A stretch of DNA of 32,000 bases from Synechocystis sp. PCC 6803 substr. PCC-P (lineage in GTDB: Bacteria; Cyanobacteriota; Cyanobacteriia; Cyanobacteriales; Microcystaceae): NCBI RefSeq assembly GCF_000284455.1, contig NC_017039.1, positions 2,730,001-2,762,000 on the forward strand, given 5' to 3'. The notes below the pieces were generated by a model. The model was not told the origin of the DNA and made no database searches. It was given only the letters and a program-made list of their open reading frames with translations. The stretch's first letter is position 1. Every line of letters starts with the position of its first letter. The position numbers were made by a program, and so were the translations under genes. Below are positions 1 through 9,501 of this stretch, piece after piece.

Positions 1-601
1 CCAGGGTGCCCTCTTGGATCAGATCTAAAAGTTCCAAGCCCCGATTTTGGTATTTCTTGGCGACGGAAACCACTAGCCTTAAATTGGCTTTGATCATGTG
101 GGCTTTGGCCGTAATGCCCTGCTTTTCAATATTCTCTAATTCTTCCACCGTCAACCCCGCCAACTCCGCCCATCGTTTTTTACCGCTTTTGAGGGTTTGC
201 TTAAGGGTCGCTACGGTTTGCCCGAGGATTTTGGCCCAACGTTCATAGGAAGGACGATGACCCAACTGGACTAAAAGTTGATCGTGGACGGCGATCGCCG
301 TTTGGTATTGGTCAATGGCAGCATCGGATTCTGCGGCCCGATTTTGGATTTCCACTAGGCGGAGATAGCTTTGCACCTGCTGGGCTATGTGCACCTCTTC
401 ATCTCGCTTCAACAGGGGAATGCGACCAATATCCTGGAGGTAAAGGCGCACTAAATCAGTACTAAATTGCTGACGATGGGCTACAGCGGTGTATTCCAAA
501 TCCTGGGAGTCTGCCGTTAAATCCTCTTCCTCCAGCGGCAACATAGCTTCCAAATCTCGTACATTAGTCAGTGGCGGCTCATCGTTGCTTGGTTTAGTCA
601 T
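1..601 (-). CDS. sigC: RNA polymerase sigma factor, group 2 sigma-70 family (SigC-like), partial: N-terminal part, runs off left edge
   Basis: Minus strand from ATG at 601 translates [28 protein letters not shown]...[28 protein letters not shown]...[36 protein letters not shown]; sigma-70 region 1.2 and region 2.1 hallmarks. Not in the supplied ORF track because it is open at the edge. Confidence 0.88.
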   Translation of the reverse strand, partial: MTKPSNDEPPLTNVRDLEAMLPLEEEDLTADSQDLEYTAVAHRQQFSTDLVRLYLQDIGRIPLLKRDEEVHIAQQVQSYLRLVEIQNRAAESDAAIDQYQTAIAVHDQLLVQLGHRPSYERWAKILGQTVATLKQTLKSGKKRWAELAGLTVEELENIEKQGITAKAHMIKANLRLVVSVAKKYQNRGLELLDLIQEGTL

Positions 602-907
602 GGAGGTCCGGGGGTGACTGGGACTCGATGTTAAGTCAAGGGTAACATTCTTTAATTGTCTATTTTTTTGTCGGCGCTGCCCCTACAAACTGTTCCGACT
701 ATAGTCGGGGTTTGCCTGGACAATATGGTTCTATAATCCCGGTCTCTCCATTGTAAACCTTTCAAAAAATCTATGGCCGATGGCAGGCTTTTCCATTGAC
801 GGAGAGCATTAAAGACGTTGACTAAACTTAGTGGGGAATGGCGTTTTTTGTTCCCCGACCAAAAGCCCACGATATACTGCCTAGAGAGAACACTTCCCGT
901 CGCCGCC

Positions 908-1813
908 ATGATTACTGCCCTTGAATATGCCTACTTTCCCGGTTGCGTTGCCCAGGGGGCCTGTGGGGAATTGCACCTGGCCACCACCGCTCTGAGCAAA
1001 GCTTTGGGCATTAAATTATTGGAGCTAAAAAAAGCTTCCTGTTGTGGCTCTGGCACCTTCAAAGAAGATTCCCAACTGTTAGAAGATAGCGTTAATGCCC
1101 GCAATATCGCCTTGGCAGAACAGTTAAATTTGCCCTTATTAACCCATTGCAGTACCTGTCAGGGCGTAATTGCCCATGTGGACGAACGGCTAAAAAAAGC
1201 CCAAAAAGATGACCCAGCCTATGTGGAACAAATCAACGGTTACCTAAAAAAAGAAAGCTGTGCTCCCTATCGAGGCTCCAGCCGGGTGACCCATTTACTC
1301 TGGGCTTTGGTACAGGATTTTGGGCTAGAAGCTTTGGCCCAGCGGGTCAGGCAAAGTCTAACTGGCCTCAACTGTGCTTCTTTTTATGGTTGTTACCTGC
1401 TCCGGGCCCAGGAAAATTTGCCGGAAGCTAACCCTTTTGATCCCCAATCTCTGGAAAAAGTCTTTACTACCCTAGGGGCTAACCCCATTTACTACGAAGG
1501 TCGTACCCAATGCTGTGGTTGGCCCATCTCCAGCTATGCTACGCCCCAATCTTTTCAACTGGCCGGCCGGCATTTACAAACGGCGATCGCCGCCGGGGCC
1601 GATTGTTTAGTTACCCCCTGTCCCCTATGCCATCTGCAACTGGATTCCCGTCAACCGGAAATTGGTCAGGTATTGGGGCAACCATTAAATTTACCGGTGT
1701 TACATCTGCCCCAATTGGTAGGTTTGGCCCTAGGCATTGATCCCAAGGAGCTGGGACTTGACCGCCATGTGGTTTCTACTACCCCAGTGTTAGCTAAGCT
1801 TGGTCTTACTTAA
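908..1813 (+). CDS. Heterodisulfide reductase subunit B-like / CCG-domain (cysteine-rich) protein
   Basis: [26 protein letters not shown]...KKASCCGSG...HCSTCQG...[11 protein letters not shown]...TQCCGWPIS...CPLCHLQLD: two CCG cysteine modules. ORF opens at 818, but the M at 908 aligns better with HdrB N-termini. Confidence 0.85.
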   Translation: MITALEYAYFPGCVAQGACGELHLATTALSKALGIKLLELKKASCCGSGTFKEDSQLLEDSVNARNIALAEQLNLPLLTHCSTCQGVIAHVDERLKKAQKDDPAYVEQINGYLKKESCAPYRGSSRVTHLLWALVQDFGLEALAQRVRQSLTGLNCASFYGCYLLRAQENLPEANPFDPQSLEKVFTTLGANPIYYEGRTQCCGWPISSYATPQSFQLAGRHLQTAIAAGADCLVTPCPLCHLQLDSRQPEIGQVLGQPLNLPVLHLPQLVGLALGIDPKELGLDRHVVSTTPVLAKLGLT

Positions 1814-1856
1814 CTTATCTAACAATTAGTTCAGGCAAATAAGGCTTAACTCGGGT

Positions 1857-2150
1857 TTACTGCAAGCGACTGGCCATGGTGATCAGCCCCTGCTGACCGA
1901 TAAGAATTTCCCGTAAAAAGGTACAGATGAAGACCCAGAGGATAGGAGCTAGGTCAACGCCGCCGATGGGGGGCACTAGCTTACGCAGGGGAATTAATAA
2001 TGGCTCGGTGGGTAGGGCAATGAGCTTCCATGGCCATTTAGTCAGCTCTACCTGGGGATACCAAGTGAGAATAATCCGAAAAATAAATAACACCGTCATC
2101 ACTGCCAGCAGAATTCCTAAGCCCTGGCCGACGATCGCCGCATAATTCAT
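1857..2150 (-). CDS. YggT family (Ycf19-like) small membrane protein
   Basis: MNYAAIVGQGLGILLAVMTVLFIFRIILTWYPQVEL...PTEPLLIPLRKLVPPIGGVDLAPILWVFICTFLREIL; YggT signature PTEPLLxPxRxxxPPxGGxDxxP. Start chosen at the internal M rather than 2168. Confidence 0.85.
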   Translation of the reverse strand: MNYAAIVGQGLGILLAVMTVLFIFRIILTWYPQVELTKWPWKLIALPTEPLLIPLRKLVPPIGGVDLAPILWVFICTFLREILIGQQGLITMASRLQ

Positions 2151-2348
2151 ATTTTTTCTGTGCCCCAACTAGGCTGAGATTTTGGCAAAAAGGTCTGCTT
2201 TGATTTTAGGCAAATTGGCGGTCAATCTTCAAATGAGGAACTAGGCCGGCAAGAATTAAGCGCTGATTATGCCCTGTGCATGGGTCACTATTTCTATGGT
2301 TTTTCCCTGGCTTCGTAGGCGATCGCCGCTAACCACAGTTTGATATTC

Positions 2349-3128
2349 CTAGAGTCCCACTAGGGGTAGTAAATATTTAAACGCCATGGAAGCCACCCCC
2401 CGCACAATGGCATCCAACTGGGGATTTCCTGCCCCCTGACGTCGGGCCTCCTGCATATTGGCCAAATCTTCTAAAAACTGCTCTGAAGTTTTAACCCCCA
2501 CCTCATCCTGGTTTTCCTCAAACAATAACTGGGCATATTCCACATTTTGTTTAGCGGAAGCTTCATTGCCAATTTTCAGCAAGGTCAAACCCCGCCCTAA
2601 ATATCCCGGCGCAAATTCCGGGTCCAGGGCCAAGGCTTGGTCATAGTGGTTGAGGGCAGATTGATAATTTCCCTTACTGGTTTCTAACAGGCCCCAGCCA
2701 TAGAATAGTTGGGGAGTGCCGGCTGTATTCGGAACGGCTTTGGCCCCCTGCATATAGGCGGTTTCCAAATTGGTATTGATAAACGTCGCCCGGTCAAAAT
2801 AGGCTTCCCGAAAATCGGTACCATCGGTGATCGCCCCGTTTAAATTTGCCCCCGACAGATTAGCCCCATTCAAGGAAGCGGAAGTTAAATTAGCACCGGA
2901 AAGATTCGCTCCCGTCAAATCTGCCCCCGACAGATTGGCCCCCGATAAGTCCGCCCCCGTCAAATCCGCCCGGGTGAGGTTAACCATCACCAAGCCTGCC
3001 CCCCGCAAATCACAGAGGGGACATTTTTTAGTGGATAGCAGTTGGGTCAAATCCTCAAAGTTGGCCCCGTGGGCAGCGCCAGCAAAGGTAGTTAGGCCCA
3101 GGGCCACAAGAAAGGGACGAATTTTCAT
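2349..3128 (-). CDS. Pentapeptide-repeat plus TPR protein with signal peptide
   Basis: N-terminal signal-like MKIRPFLVALGLTTFAGAAHG; repeats LTRADLTGADLSGANLSGADLTGANLSGANLTSASLNGANLSGANLNGA (A(D/N)LXX); TPR-like YQSALNHYDQALALDPEFAPGYLGRGLTLLKIG. Confidence 0.88.
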   Translation of the reverse strand: MKIRPFLVALGLTTFAGAAHGANFEDLTQLLSTKKCPLCDLRGAGLVMVNLTRADLTGADLSGANLSGADLTGANLSGANLTSASLNGANLSGANLNGAITDGTDFREAYFDRATFINTNLETAYMQGAKAVPNTAGTPQLFYGWGLLETSKGNYQSALNHYDQALALDPEFAPGYLGRGLTLLKIGNEASAKQNVEYAQLLFEENQDEVGVKTSEQFLEDLANMQEARRQGAGNPQLDAIVRGVASMAFKYLLPLVGL

Positions 3129-3248
3129 GGGTTAACGCCAAGGGAACTGCACTTAAAATTGCTCTCCATTCTAGCCAAATATCTGGATAGTCCCCACCCC
3201 CATGGCCGCAACTCAGTTATGGAGGGGTCAAGCCATGGAGCAAAGTGC

Positions 3249-3425
3249 CTAGATGGGTTTGACTGCTTCCAGTTCCGAGAGCCGAAAAGTGACTAATTTG
3301 TCCCAGTTGCCATTTTCAAATAGGACTGCAGCCTTACCGTCACTAACCCGTTGAACTAAGCCTTCAAAGCGATAGTAAGTATCATCAACATTGGTGACTC
3401 GCACCGTTGCACCGGGAAAAATCAT
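3249..3425 (-). CDS. ndhS: NAD(P)H-quinone oxidoreductase subunit S (NDH-1 subunit S), 58 aa
   Basis: Translated by hand: [58 protein letters not shown]; SH3-like NdhS family. Missing from the ORF track, apparently because it is shorter than 60 aa. Confidence 0.82.
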
Positions 3426-3632
3426 AATGGCTACCTGATTTTGGATTGGACAATTCTAGCAAAGGAGCAGGTTTTCTTTCGCCCCTAAACCTAGAGTTAA
3501 CCATAGAAATATGTGGGGGGAAGTACTATGGGCTAATCTTTGGTTGGGGGCTGGGATGGGTCTTGGGATTTATTTATCTTTGACTCAACCCGGGTAGTTC
3601 AAATGGATCAGATGGAATGGCGTGAATATCGA

Positions 3633-4325
3633 TTAATTGTTAATGGGGCTTATTTGCCACCGTCCCTCTGCCTGAACTTCCAAACATTGCCGGTGAAAAT
3701 TTCGCAGGGTAGGTCGATGTCCCACGCTGATGAAGGTTGTACCCAAATCCGTCAGAGCATGGTAGAGTTCCGCCTCGTTATTCACATCCAGAGCGCTGGT
3801 GGCTTCGTCGAGGATGGCATAGCGGGGTTGGTTGATGAAAACTCGGGCTAGGGCAATACGTTGTTGTTCCCCCAGGGAAAGGACGCTGGACCAATTTTCC
3901 AGGCTATCCAAACCACCAAAACGCTCGGCTAAGTCCGGTAGATTAACCTTGTTTAAAGTTTCCAAGAGAAAATCGTCGTCCGCTATGGATTGGGCACTGG
4001 GGTAAATCAACTGTTCACGCAGGGTGCCCAAAATCATGTAGGGCCGTTGGGGTAAAAATAATAAGTCCGCCAGTTCAGGTCGTTCAATGGTGCCTTGACC
4101 GCTGTCCCATAAACCGGCGATCGCCCGGAGGAGAGAGCTTTTGCCACTCCCGCTTGGGCCCATGATCAACAGATGGTTACCGGGAGCCACGGCCAGGGAT
4201 AAATCCCGTACCAAAATCCGTGAGGAATTGGGGGGAGAAAGGGTGACATTTTCCAGGGCAACGGTGGCACCAATACGGGTTGTGATAACGTTGTGGTCAA
4301 AACCAGTACTTTCCGGCCGTTCCAA
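3633..4325 (-). CDS. ABC transporter ATP-binding domain (C-terminal part of an SbmA/BacA-like ABC transporter separated by a frame change)
   Basis: Walker A GPSGSGKSS; signature VLSLGEQQRIALARVF; Walker B YAILDEATSALD; H-loop FISVGHRP. The reading frame extends upstream as NGPSNE-LERPES, in +1 relative to the upstream ORF. Formal start is a TTG. Confidence 0.85.
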   Translation of the reverse strand: MERPESTGFDHNVITTRIGATVALENVTLSPPNSSRILVRDLSLAVAPGNHLLIMGPSGSGKSSLLRAIAGLWDSGQGTIERPELADLLFLPQRPYMILGTLREQLIYPSAQSIADDDFLLETLNKVNLPDLAERFGGLDSLENWSSVLSLGEQQRIALARVFINQPRYAILDEATSALDVNNEAELYHALTDLGTTFISVGHRPTLRNFHRQCLEVQAEGRWQISPINN

Positions 4326-4326
4326 T

Positions 4327-5619
4327 TCATTGCTGGGGCCATTTTAAAGATTCGTAAAATTCTCCTAAACGGTTAATGCTGGCGGCAAATTCAGTAATAT
4401 TTTGAATCTGGTTGGTTACTAGAGATAGGGCAGAAAGGACCATGCCAAAGGCCAAACTAGCTTGGGCGATCGCCCCGAAGTCCAGGTCTCCTGCGAGGTA
4501 AAGGGGGGCGATAATAATATAGGGAATTAGCCTGGTGAAATAGTTATAGCCTAGCTGAAATAGGCTGATTAAAGCTTGCCAAATAATTAGTAAATTAAAG
4601 TTTCTAATCGCCCCTAGCAAACGATCCGTAACCTGTTTCCGCTCTAGCCCTTCTCCCCGGTAAAAAGCGATGGATTCGGCGTTATCTCTTACCCGCACCA
4701 AGCCGTAACGGAAATTAGCTTCCAACCGCAGTTGTTCATAGTTAATGCGGATTAGCCTAGTGCCAATGGCGATCGCCACCACTGTCCCGAAGACCGCATA
4801 ACCAATCAACCCCCACATAAGGGTTTGGGAAATGGTGTAGAGGATGGCGGTAAAGGAAATTAAGGTGAGGATGGAGTCAAGGATATCCAATAAAAAATCC
4901 AGAGTAACCCCGGTAAAGGATTGGATATCCTGGGTTATCCTTTGGTCGGGATTATCAATTAAGGTATAGGCAGAATTGGAGTCGAGATGATAGTAGGAAC
5001 GCCCTTTAAAGTAGCGGCCAAGAAAGTGTTCCGTCAGCCATTGCCGCCAGAGCACCCCTAACTTTTGTCGTAAATAGCGGTAGGCCACAATGATGGGAAT
5101 AGCCACCACAATGACAATGCCATAAATCCAGAGAAATTGCCAAAATACTTCTGCATCTTTGCCGTTTAAAGCTGTATCAATGAAGCGAAAAACAAAGCTT
5201 AAAATAACGTTTAAGCCGTTGACAACAAATAGTAGAGATAATAATACGCCCAACAGCAACCACTGGAGCCACCGTTGTTGTAATTTTTGGCGCTGGCTGA
5301 TGAAAACAGCCCCGGCCATGGCCAAGGCCACTAAACCGATCCAAGGAGCCGGGGAATTGATCAGACCTTGTACCCCATCTACCAAACCCTCACCAGATTT
5401 AGCAAAAAAGTCAGGGAAAATTGCTGTGGCCCAGAGGGTCAACCCCATGGATAAAAATAGGGTCAAGGCCACCACCACCACCATGAGGGCCAGGATGAGA
5501 CCGAGAAAAACCCGAGTTTGCTTTTGCCCCACCGGATAAAAATAGGGCTGGGCAGTTTCAACAAAGCGGTGCCACAGTTGGCGATCAAACTGAAAACGCT
5601 TGGCTTGGGCTTGGGTCAT
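4327..5619 (-). CDS. ABC transporter transmembrane domain (SbmA/BacA-like, N-terminal part), ends prematurely at the frame-change site
   Basis: MTQAQAKRFQFDRQLWHRFVETAQPYF...LRQKLGVLWRQWLTEHFLGRYFKGRSYYHLDSNSAYTLIDNPDQRITQDIQSFTG...GEFYESLKWPQQ*; typical SbmA_BacA membrane domain. ATG at 5619; ORF track uses TTG at 5628. Confidence 0.85.
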   Translation of the reverse strand: MTQAQAKRFQFDRQLWHRFVETAQPYFYPVGQKQTRVFLGLILALMVVVVALTLFLSMGLTLWATAIFPDFFAKSGEGLVDGVQGLINSPAPWIGLVALAMAGAVFISQRQKLQQRWLQWLLLGVLLSLLFVVNGLNVILSFVFRFIDTALNGKDAEVFWQFLWIYGIVIVVAIPIIVAYRYLRQKLGVLWRQWLTEHFLGRYFKGRSYYHLDSNSAYTLIDNPDQRITQDIQSFTGVTLDFLLDILDSILTLISFTAILYTISQTLMWGLIGYAVFGTVVAIAIGTRLIRINYEQLRLEANFRYGLVRVRDNAESIAFYRGEGLERKQVTDRLLGAIRNFNLLIIWQALISLFQLGYNYFTRLIPYIIIAPLYLAGDLDFGAIAQASLAFGMVLSALSLVTNQIQNITEFAASINRLGEFYESLKWPQQ

Positions 5620-5756
5620 AATTCTCAAAAGCCGGATTGAACATTAGTGTGTTGAGTAATGGAATCTACGGATGTCATTCAAACAGTCAAGGACTGTGAA
5701 AGTTACTCTACAAAATGAATAATTGAGTATTTTACTTATTATAATAAGTCATAATT

Positions 5757-6380
5757 TTAATCAGATTCTAACAAGCATTTTTGAAGCGCATCTAGTCGCT
5801 CATTTTCATCATTTATACGAAACCATTTTTGTGAATTTACTAAATATTGGATGGTCATTTCATCAATTTTTCTTGGCCCACTATTTTCTTCTTTTATAAG
5901 ATTGGTGGCTTGAATCACGAGATTTTCAAAATTCAATATATTCATGTCATTTATTAATGATATTGCTTCAAACATAGACTTGAGTCCATGGGAAAGTTTA
6001 CCAGAATAAATGCATATTTTTTCATCGGGAGGGGTAAAGTAAGTTATTCCAAAATTAGTTAAGACTTTAGCATCAGAAAACATTTGAAAGCAGGGAATGC
6101 CGTAGAGAATGAAGCAAGGCAATTTTGTTATCCTTGAGAGTTCAAATATTTGATTAATAGAGCGATCATTAGGCGGCTCACATTTAACTTCAACCCAGAA
6201 GTCAAGCTTCGGAAAATAAAAATCTGGGACATATAATTCCCGATTTGGCAGCTTAAATGTTTTTGGCTCGTATTCAAAAAAAGCTCCGATCATTCTAAAT
6301 ATTGATGCCCAGGCTGCTTCTGTTCTGCCTCTAAAATAAAAACCATTAAAATAGGTTACTTTGCCTTTATTTATATTCAT
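5757..6380 (-). CDS. Putative PD-(D/E)XK nuclease of phage-like type
   Basis: FYFRGRTEAAWASIFRMIGAFFEYEPKTFKLPNRELYVPDFYFPKLDFWVEVKCEPPND: the FRxRxEAxWA...PDFxxxxxxxWVEVK arrangement of PD-(D/E)XK proteins common in phages and prophages. Confidence 0.6.
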   Translation of the reverse strand: MNINKGKVTYFNGFYFRGRTEAAWASIFRMIGAFFEYEPKTFKLPNRELYVPDFYFPKLDFWVEVKCEPPNDRSINQIFELSRITKLPCFILYGIPCFQMFSDAKVLTNFGITYFTPPDEKICIYSGKLSHGLKSMFEAISLINDMNILNFENLVIQATNLIKEENSGPRKIDEMTIQYLVNSQKWFRINDENERLDALQKCLLESD

Positions 6381-6539
6381 AATTTAATACTTTTTTAGAT
6401 TCGATTCTGATTTTGCCTGAGTTTATATTCAAAGAAAAGACTTAAAAACTGGAAAAAAGCAACCTTTTTACTAATAACGAATAAACTAACTTTAATAAGT
6501 CTAAGTTAATATCTTCTCCCCAATAATGAACATCAAGCA

Positions 6540-6743
6540 CTAGGCCATAAATAAAAGTGGTTTAGGATTGGGCAAAGGTTGATCATCTTTTGTTAATAAA
6601 CCTAATACCTGCTGGGCATTATCAAAAGCCTCTTCATAGGTTTCACCATGGGTAACAGGTTGCATCACTGTTTCAAACTCAGGTAAAAAGACAACAAAGC
6701 AATTGTCTTCATTTGACCATTGAATAACGATTGTATATTTCAC
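6540..6743 (-). CDS. hicB: HicB-like antitoxin
   Basis: MKYTIVIQWSNEDNCFVVFLPEFETVMQPVTHGETYEEAFDNAQQVLGLL: HicB N-terminal partial RNase H-like fold; directly downstream of a HicA. Confidence 0.75.
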   Translation of the reverse strand: MKYTIVIQWSNEDNCFVVFLPEFETVMQPVTHGETYEEAFDNAQQVLGLLTKDDQPLPNPKPLLFMA

Positions 6744-6745
6744 CG

Positions 6746-6961
6746 TTAACTGTCCTCTTGATCAAGTTTTTGCAACATAGCAAGGCTATTCTTTACCTGT
6801 TTTTCAAGGTATGGTTTGGCATCACTGCCATCATTTCCACAAATAATGATAGCTTGCTCCAGTTTGGGATGCTTCCATTTACTATGACTTCCCTTCCCTG
6901 ACTCAACGGTAAATCCTGCTTTGCTAAGTAGACTTTTTAGTTCTCTAATTTTCTTGGGCAT
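6746..6961 (-). CDS. hicA: HicA-like mRNA interferase toxin
   Basis: MPKKIRELKSLLSKAGFTVESGKGSHSKWKHPKLEQAIIICGNDGSDAKPYLEKQVKNSLAMLQKL; dsRBD-like HicA with conserved GKGSHxKW histidine. 2 nt upstream of the HicB-like ORF. Confidence 0.8.
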   Translation of the reverse strand: MPKKIRELKSLLSKAGFTVESGKGSHSKWKHPKLEQAIIICGNDGSDAKPYLEKQVKNSLAMLQKLDQEDS

Positions 6962-6976
6962 TTACTACTGAATGGG

Positions 6977-8482
6977 TTACAGGGAAGACTCGAGCTTTTC
7001 AGGGGAACTGTTACTAGAAGGAGTGGCCGCACTGGCAGGCTCAATGGCTATGCCGTCCCGCAATTCCAAAATCCGGGACACCGCCACCCGCTCGCCGGCT
7101 TTGACTCCAGAAAGAACCTGGTAGGATTGCCCCTGGATACCCCCCAGCACCACTGGGGTTTGTCGAGCCACCAATTCAGTACTGCTCGTGCCATCTTTGC
7201 CTTCGCCCTGGGTGTTTTTAGGTTGGGCCACAAAAATGAACTGCTGGGCACCGATGGAAGTAACCGCTGTGGTGGGAATCAAAAAGCCCGGTTGGCGATC
7301 CCAAATAATTCTCACTCGGACGTACTGGTTATTCCGCAGGCTGCCATCATTTTTGAAAATAACCTTGGCCAAAATGGACTGATCGTTGCGGTTGGCGGTG
7401 GGGGAAATAAAGCTGATGCGTCCCACTTCCCCAGCTTGGCCATCACTGCGAACAACTTCCACGGGCAAACCAAGGCGCAGATCGTTATAGCGTTCCACTG
7501 GCACGTTAATGTCCAGTTCAAATTCGTTGTTGTTGGTAATGGTGGTAAAGCTTTGCCCCGTGCGGACAAAATCACCAATTTGCAACGGTAAGTTACCCAC
7601 TACCCCACTGACGGGGGCTAAAACCCGGTTATAAATTAATTCCTGGGATGTGGCTCCCAATTGGCCTTGAGCTTGCTCGATCGCCCCTTTTTGGGCATTG
7701 ATGGTGGCCCGGGAAGCACTGACCCTCTGCACGGCGGCTTGGTAATTATCCTTAGCCTGCTGTACGGCAGACCGGGAAGCAGACACACTGGACTGGTTAG
7801 CTTGAACGGTAGCTTTGGCCGCCTGGACTGTTTTTTGGGCCGCTTCGGTGTTGGCCCTGGCATCTTCCAATTCAGTGGTGCGATTGTCCAAATCCTGTTG
7901 GGGTTGCACCCCCGTTTCCACTAAAAATTGGGCTCGTTTGAAGTTAATTTGGGCCAAGTTAAGATTGGCCTGGGCCCGTTTTAGATCCGCTTCCCTAGTT
8001 TTCAGCACTTCCTGGGAATTGGCCAGATCGGCGATCGCCCGGGCGAGGTTGGCTTCTTGGGTAGTAACAAAAGACTGGGCCGCATCCCTTTCCGATTCGG
8101 AGGTGCGGAGATTGGCTTCGCTGACCTGAAAATTAGACCGCTGAATGTTGAGATTACCCACAGCGGCATTGACATTTTCCTGTTGCTGGGTCGGTTCCAA
8201 CAGTAAAATTGGGTCGCCTTCATTCACCTGCTGACCCCATTGGGCGTAAATTCGCAAAATACGTCCATCAATTTTCGGGGCCAGCTCGACAAAGTTGGTA
8301 GCCACTAGGTTGCCGACAAACTCGTTGCTATCCACCACAGAGCTGGGTTCCAGGGTCTGTAACTGCACCGGAATTGCTCTGGGGGCATTGGCCCCTGGCT
8401 TGTCCCCTCCACAGGCGGTGTTGAGCAGGGCAAGGGCCACCATTGAGCCGATCACAGGGAATTGGGAGCGTTTTCTAACCAT
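6977..8482 (-). CDS. RND efflux system periplasmic adaptor / membrane-fusion protein (HlyD family)
   Basis: MVRKRSQFPVIGSMVALALLNTACGG (lipoprotein-like) then VAPKIDGRILRIYAQWGQQVNEGDPILLLEP, long coiled-coil, VLAPVSGVVGNLPLQIGDFVRTGQ, PTTAVTSIGAQQFIFVA. Start moved from 8563 to the signal-peptide M at 8482. Confidence 0.88.
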   Translation of the reverse strand: MVRKRSQFPVIGSMVALALLNTACGGDKPGANAPRAIPVQLQTLEPSSVVDSNEFVGNLVATNFVELAPKIDGRILRIYAQWGQQVNEGDPILLLEPTQQQENVNAAVGNLNIQRSNFQVSEANLRTSESERDAAQSFVTTQEANLARAIADLANSQEVLKTREADLKRAQANLNLAQINFKRAQFLVETGVQPQQDLDNRTTELEDARANTEAAQKTVQAAKATVQANQSSVSASRSAVQQAKDNYQAAVQRVSASRATINAQKGAIEQAQGQLGATSQELIYNRVLAPVSGVVGNLPLQIGDFVRTGQSFTTITNNNEFELDINVPVERYNDLRLGLPVEVVRSDGQAGEVGRISFISPTANRNDQSILAKVIFKNDGSLRNNQYVRVRIIWDRQPGFLIPTTAVTSIGAQQFIFVAQPKNTQGEGKDGTSSTELVARQTPVVLGGIQGQSYQVLSGVKAGERVAVSRILELRDGIAIEPASAATPSSNSSPEKLESSL

Positions 8483-8738
8483 GGGAGTGTAAAAGCCGAA
8501 AAACGACGCAACGGAAATAGTTAATTGACTCAGGTGAACAAGATGGCCGAGAAAAGCCAGCAAGGAAGGTAATCTAAGGTTATTGTATCCACTAGTTCAG
8601 GGATTGATGGGCGCACAATTCTTAATATTTTTGACCATTGTTGCTGATTTCCAGGCTGATTGACTGTGGATTTTTGTGGCCAGTTCCAGAACAGGTGGAG
8701 TAGTTCAAGGGATAGTGGTCGGTTAACTGGGGGGGACT

Positions 8739-9155
8739 ATGGGGACATTTACCTATGAAAGGCAAGTTTACCTGGCGGACACGGACGGAGCTGGGGTGGT
8801 TTATTTCAACCAATTTTTGCAAATGTGCCATGAAGCCTATGAAAGTTGGCTGTCATCAGAACATTTATCCCTACAAAATATCATTAGTGTCGGGGATTTT
8901 GCCTTGCCCTTAGTCCATGCCAGCATTGATTTTTTCGCCCCTGCCCACTGCGGCGATCGCCTGTTGGTGAACTTGACCATTACCCAGGCTAGTGCCCATC
9001 GTTTTTGCTGTGATTATGAGATTAGCCAAGCCGAGTCTGCCCAACTGCTGGCCCGGGCCCAAACCCACCATGTCTGCATTGCCCTACCGGAAAGGAAAAA
9101 AGCGCCCTTACCCCAACCCTGGCAAACGGCGATTTGTGATTTGGATCACCCGTGA
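8739..9155 (+). CDS. 1,4-dihydroxy-2-naphthoyl-CoA hydrolase (hotdog thioesterase, phylloquinone pathway)
   Basis: MGTFTYERQVYLADTDGAGVVYFNQFLQMCHEAYESWL...; D-x-D-x-A-G-V-V-Y-(F/H) hotdog active-site motif typical of the cyanobacterial enzyme. Confidence 0.82.
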   Translation: MGTFTYERQVYLADTDGAGVVYFNQFLQMCHEAYESWLSSEHLSLQNIISVGDFALPLVHASIDFFAPAHCGDRLLVNLTITQASAHRFCCDYEISQAESAQLLARAQTHHVCIALPERKKAPLPQPWQTAICDLDHP

Positions 9156-9501
9156 GGGGTGATTGTCGTCATTGTCAAACTAAATCAAAACATTAAACTT
9201 AGACTGGTGAGATTTAGCCTGGCGATCGCCTGGGCTTTGGGTGATATCTGTGAAAATTTCTTCCCAACCGTTGCGACCCTCCCCCTACAAGGCCTACCGA
9301 GACCCTGATACGGGACAATGGCGCATCGCTAAACAAAATCGGGAGGAGCAGAATAATAATTCCCCCAATGCCACGGATCAAGACCAGGACAATGGCTGAA
9401 AGACCGGAGAGACGGTTAAGGTTTTTGACCCAAGTTTTTCTCAGTTCCCCCCTTCTCCTATGGAAAAGCACGGGGTTTTTACGACATTCGATAACCCAAT
9501 A

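Noticed and set aside
652-909. 85-aa minus-strand ORF upstream of the HdrB-like gene
   Set aside because: Overlaps the 5' flank of the HdrB-like gene; no domain resemblance; not supported as coding.
4335-4350. T_TTA_AAA heptamer as a programmed -1 frameshift signal in the split ABC transporter
   Set aside because: The downstream ATPase frame is +1 (or -2) relative to the upstream ORF, so -1 slippage at this heptamer would not reach it.
7591-8129. Several 70-100 aa plus-strand ORFs opposite the membrane-fusion protein
   Set aside because: Shadow ORFs of a repetitive Ala/Gln-rich coiled-coil coding region; no recognisable protein features.
9214-9471. 85-aa minus-strand ORF in the gap between the thioesterase and gltX
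   Set aside because: Arg/Gly/Leu-rich, contains HIP1 near its C-terminus, no recognisable family. Cannot be excluded but not supported.
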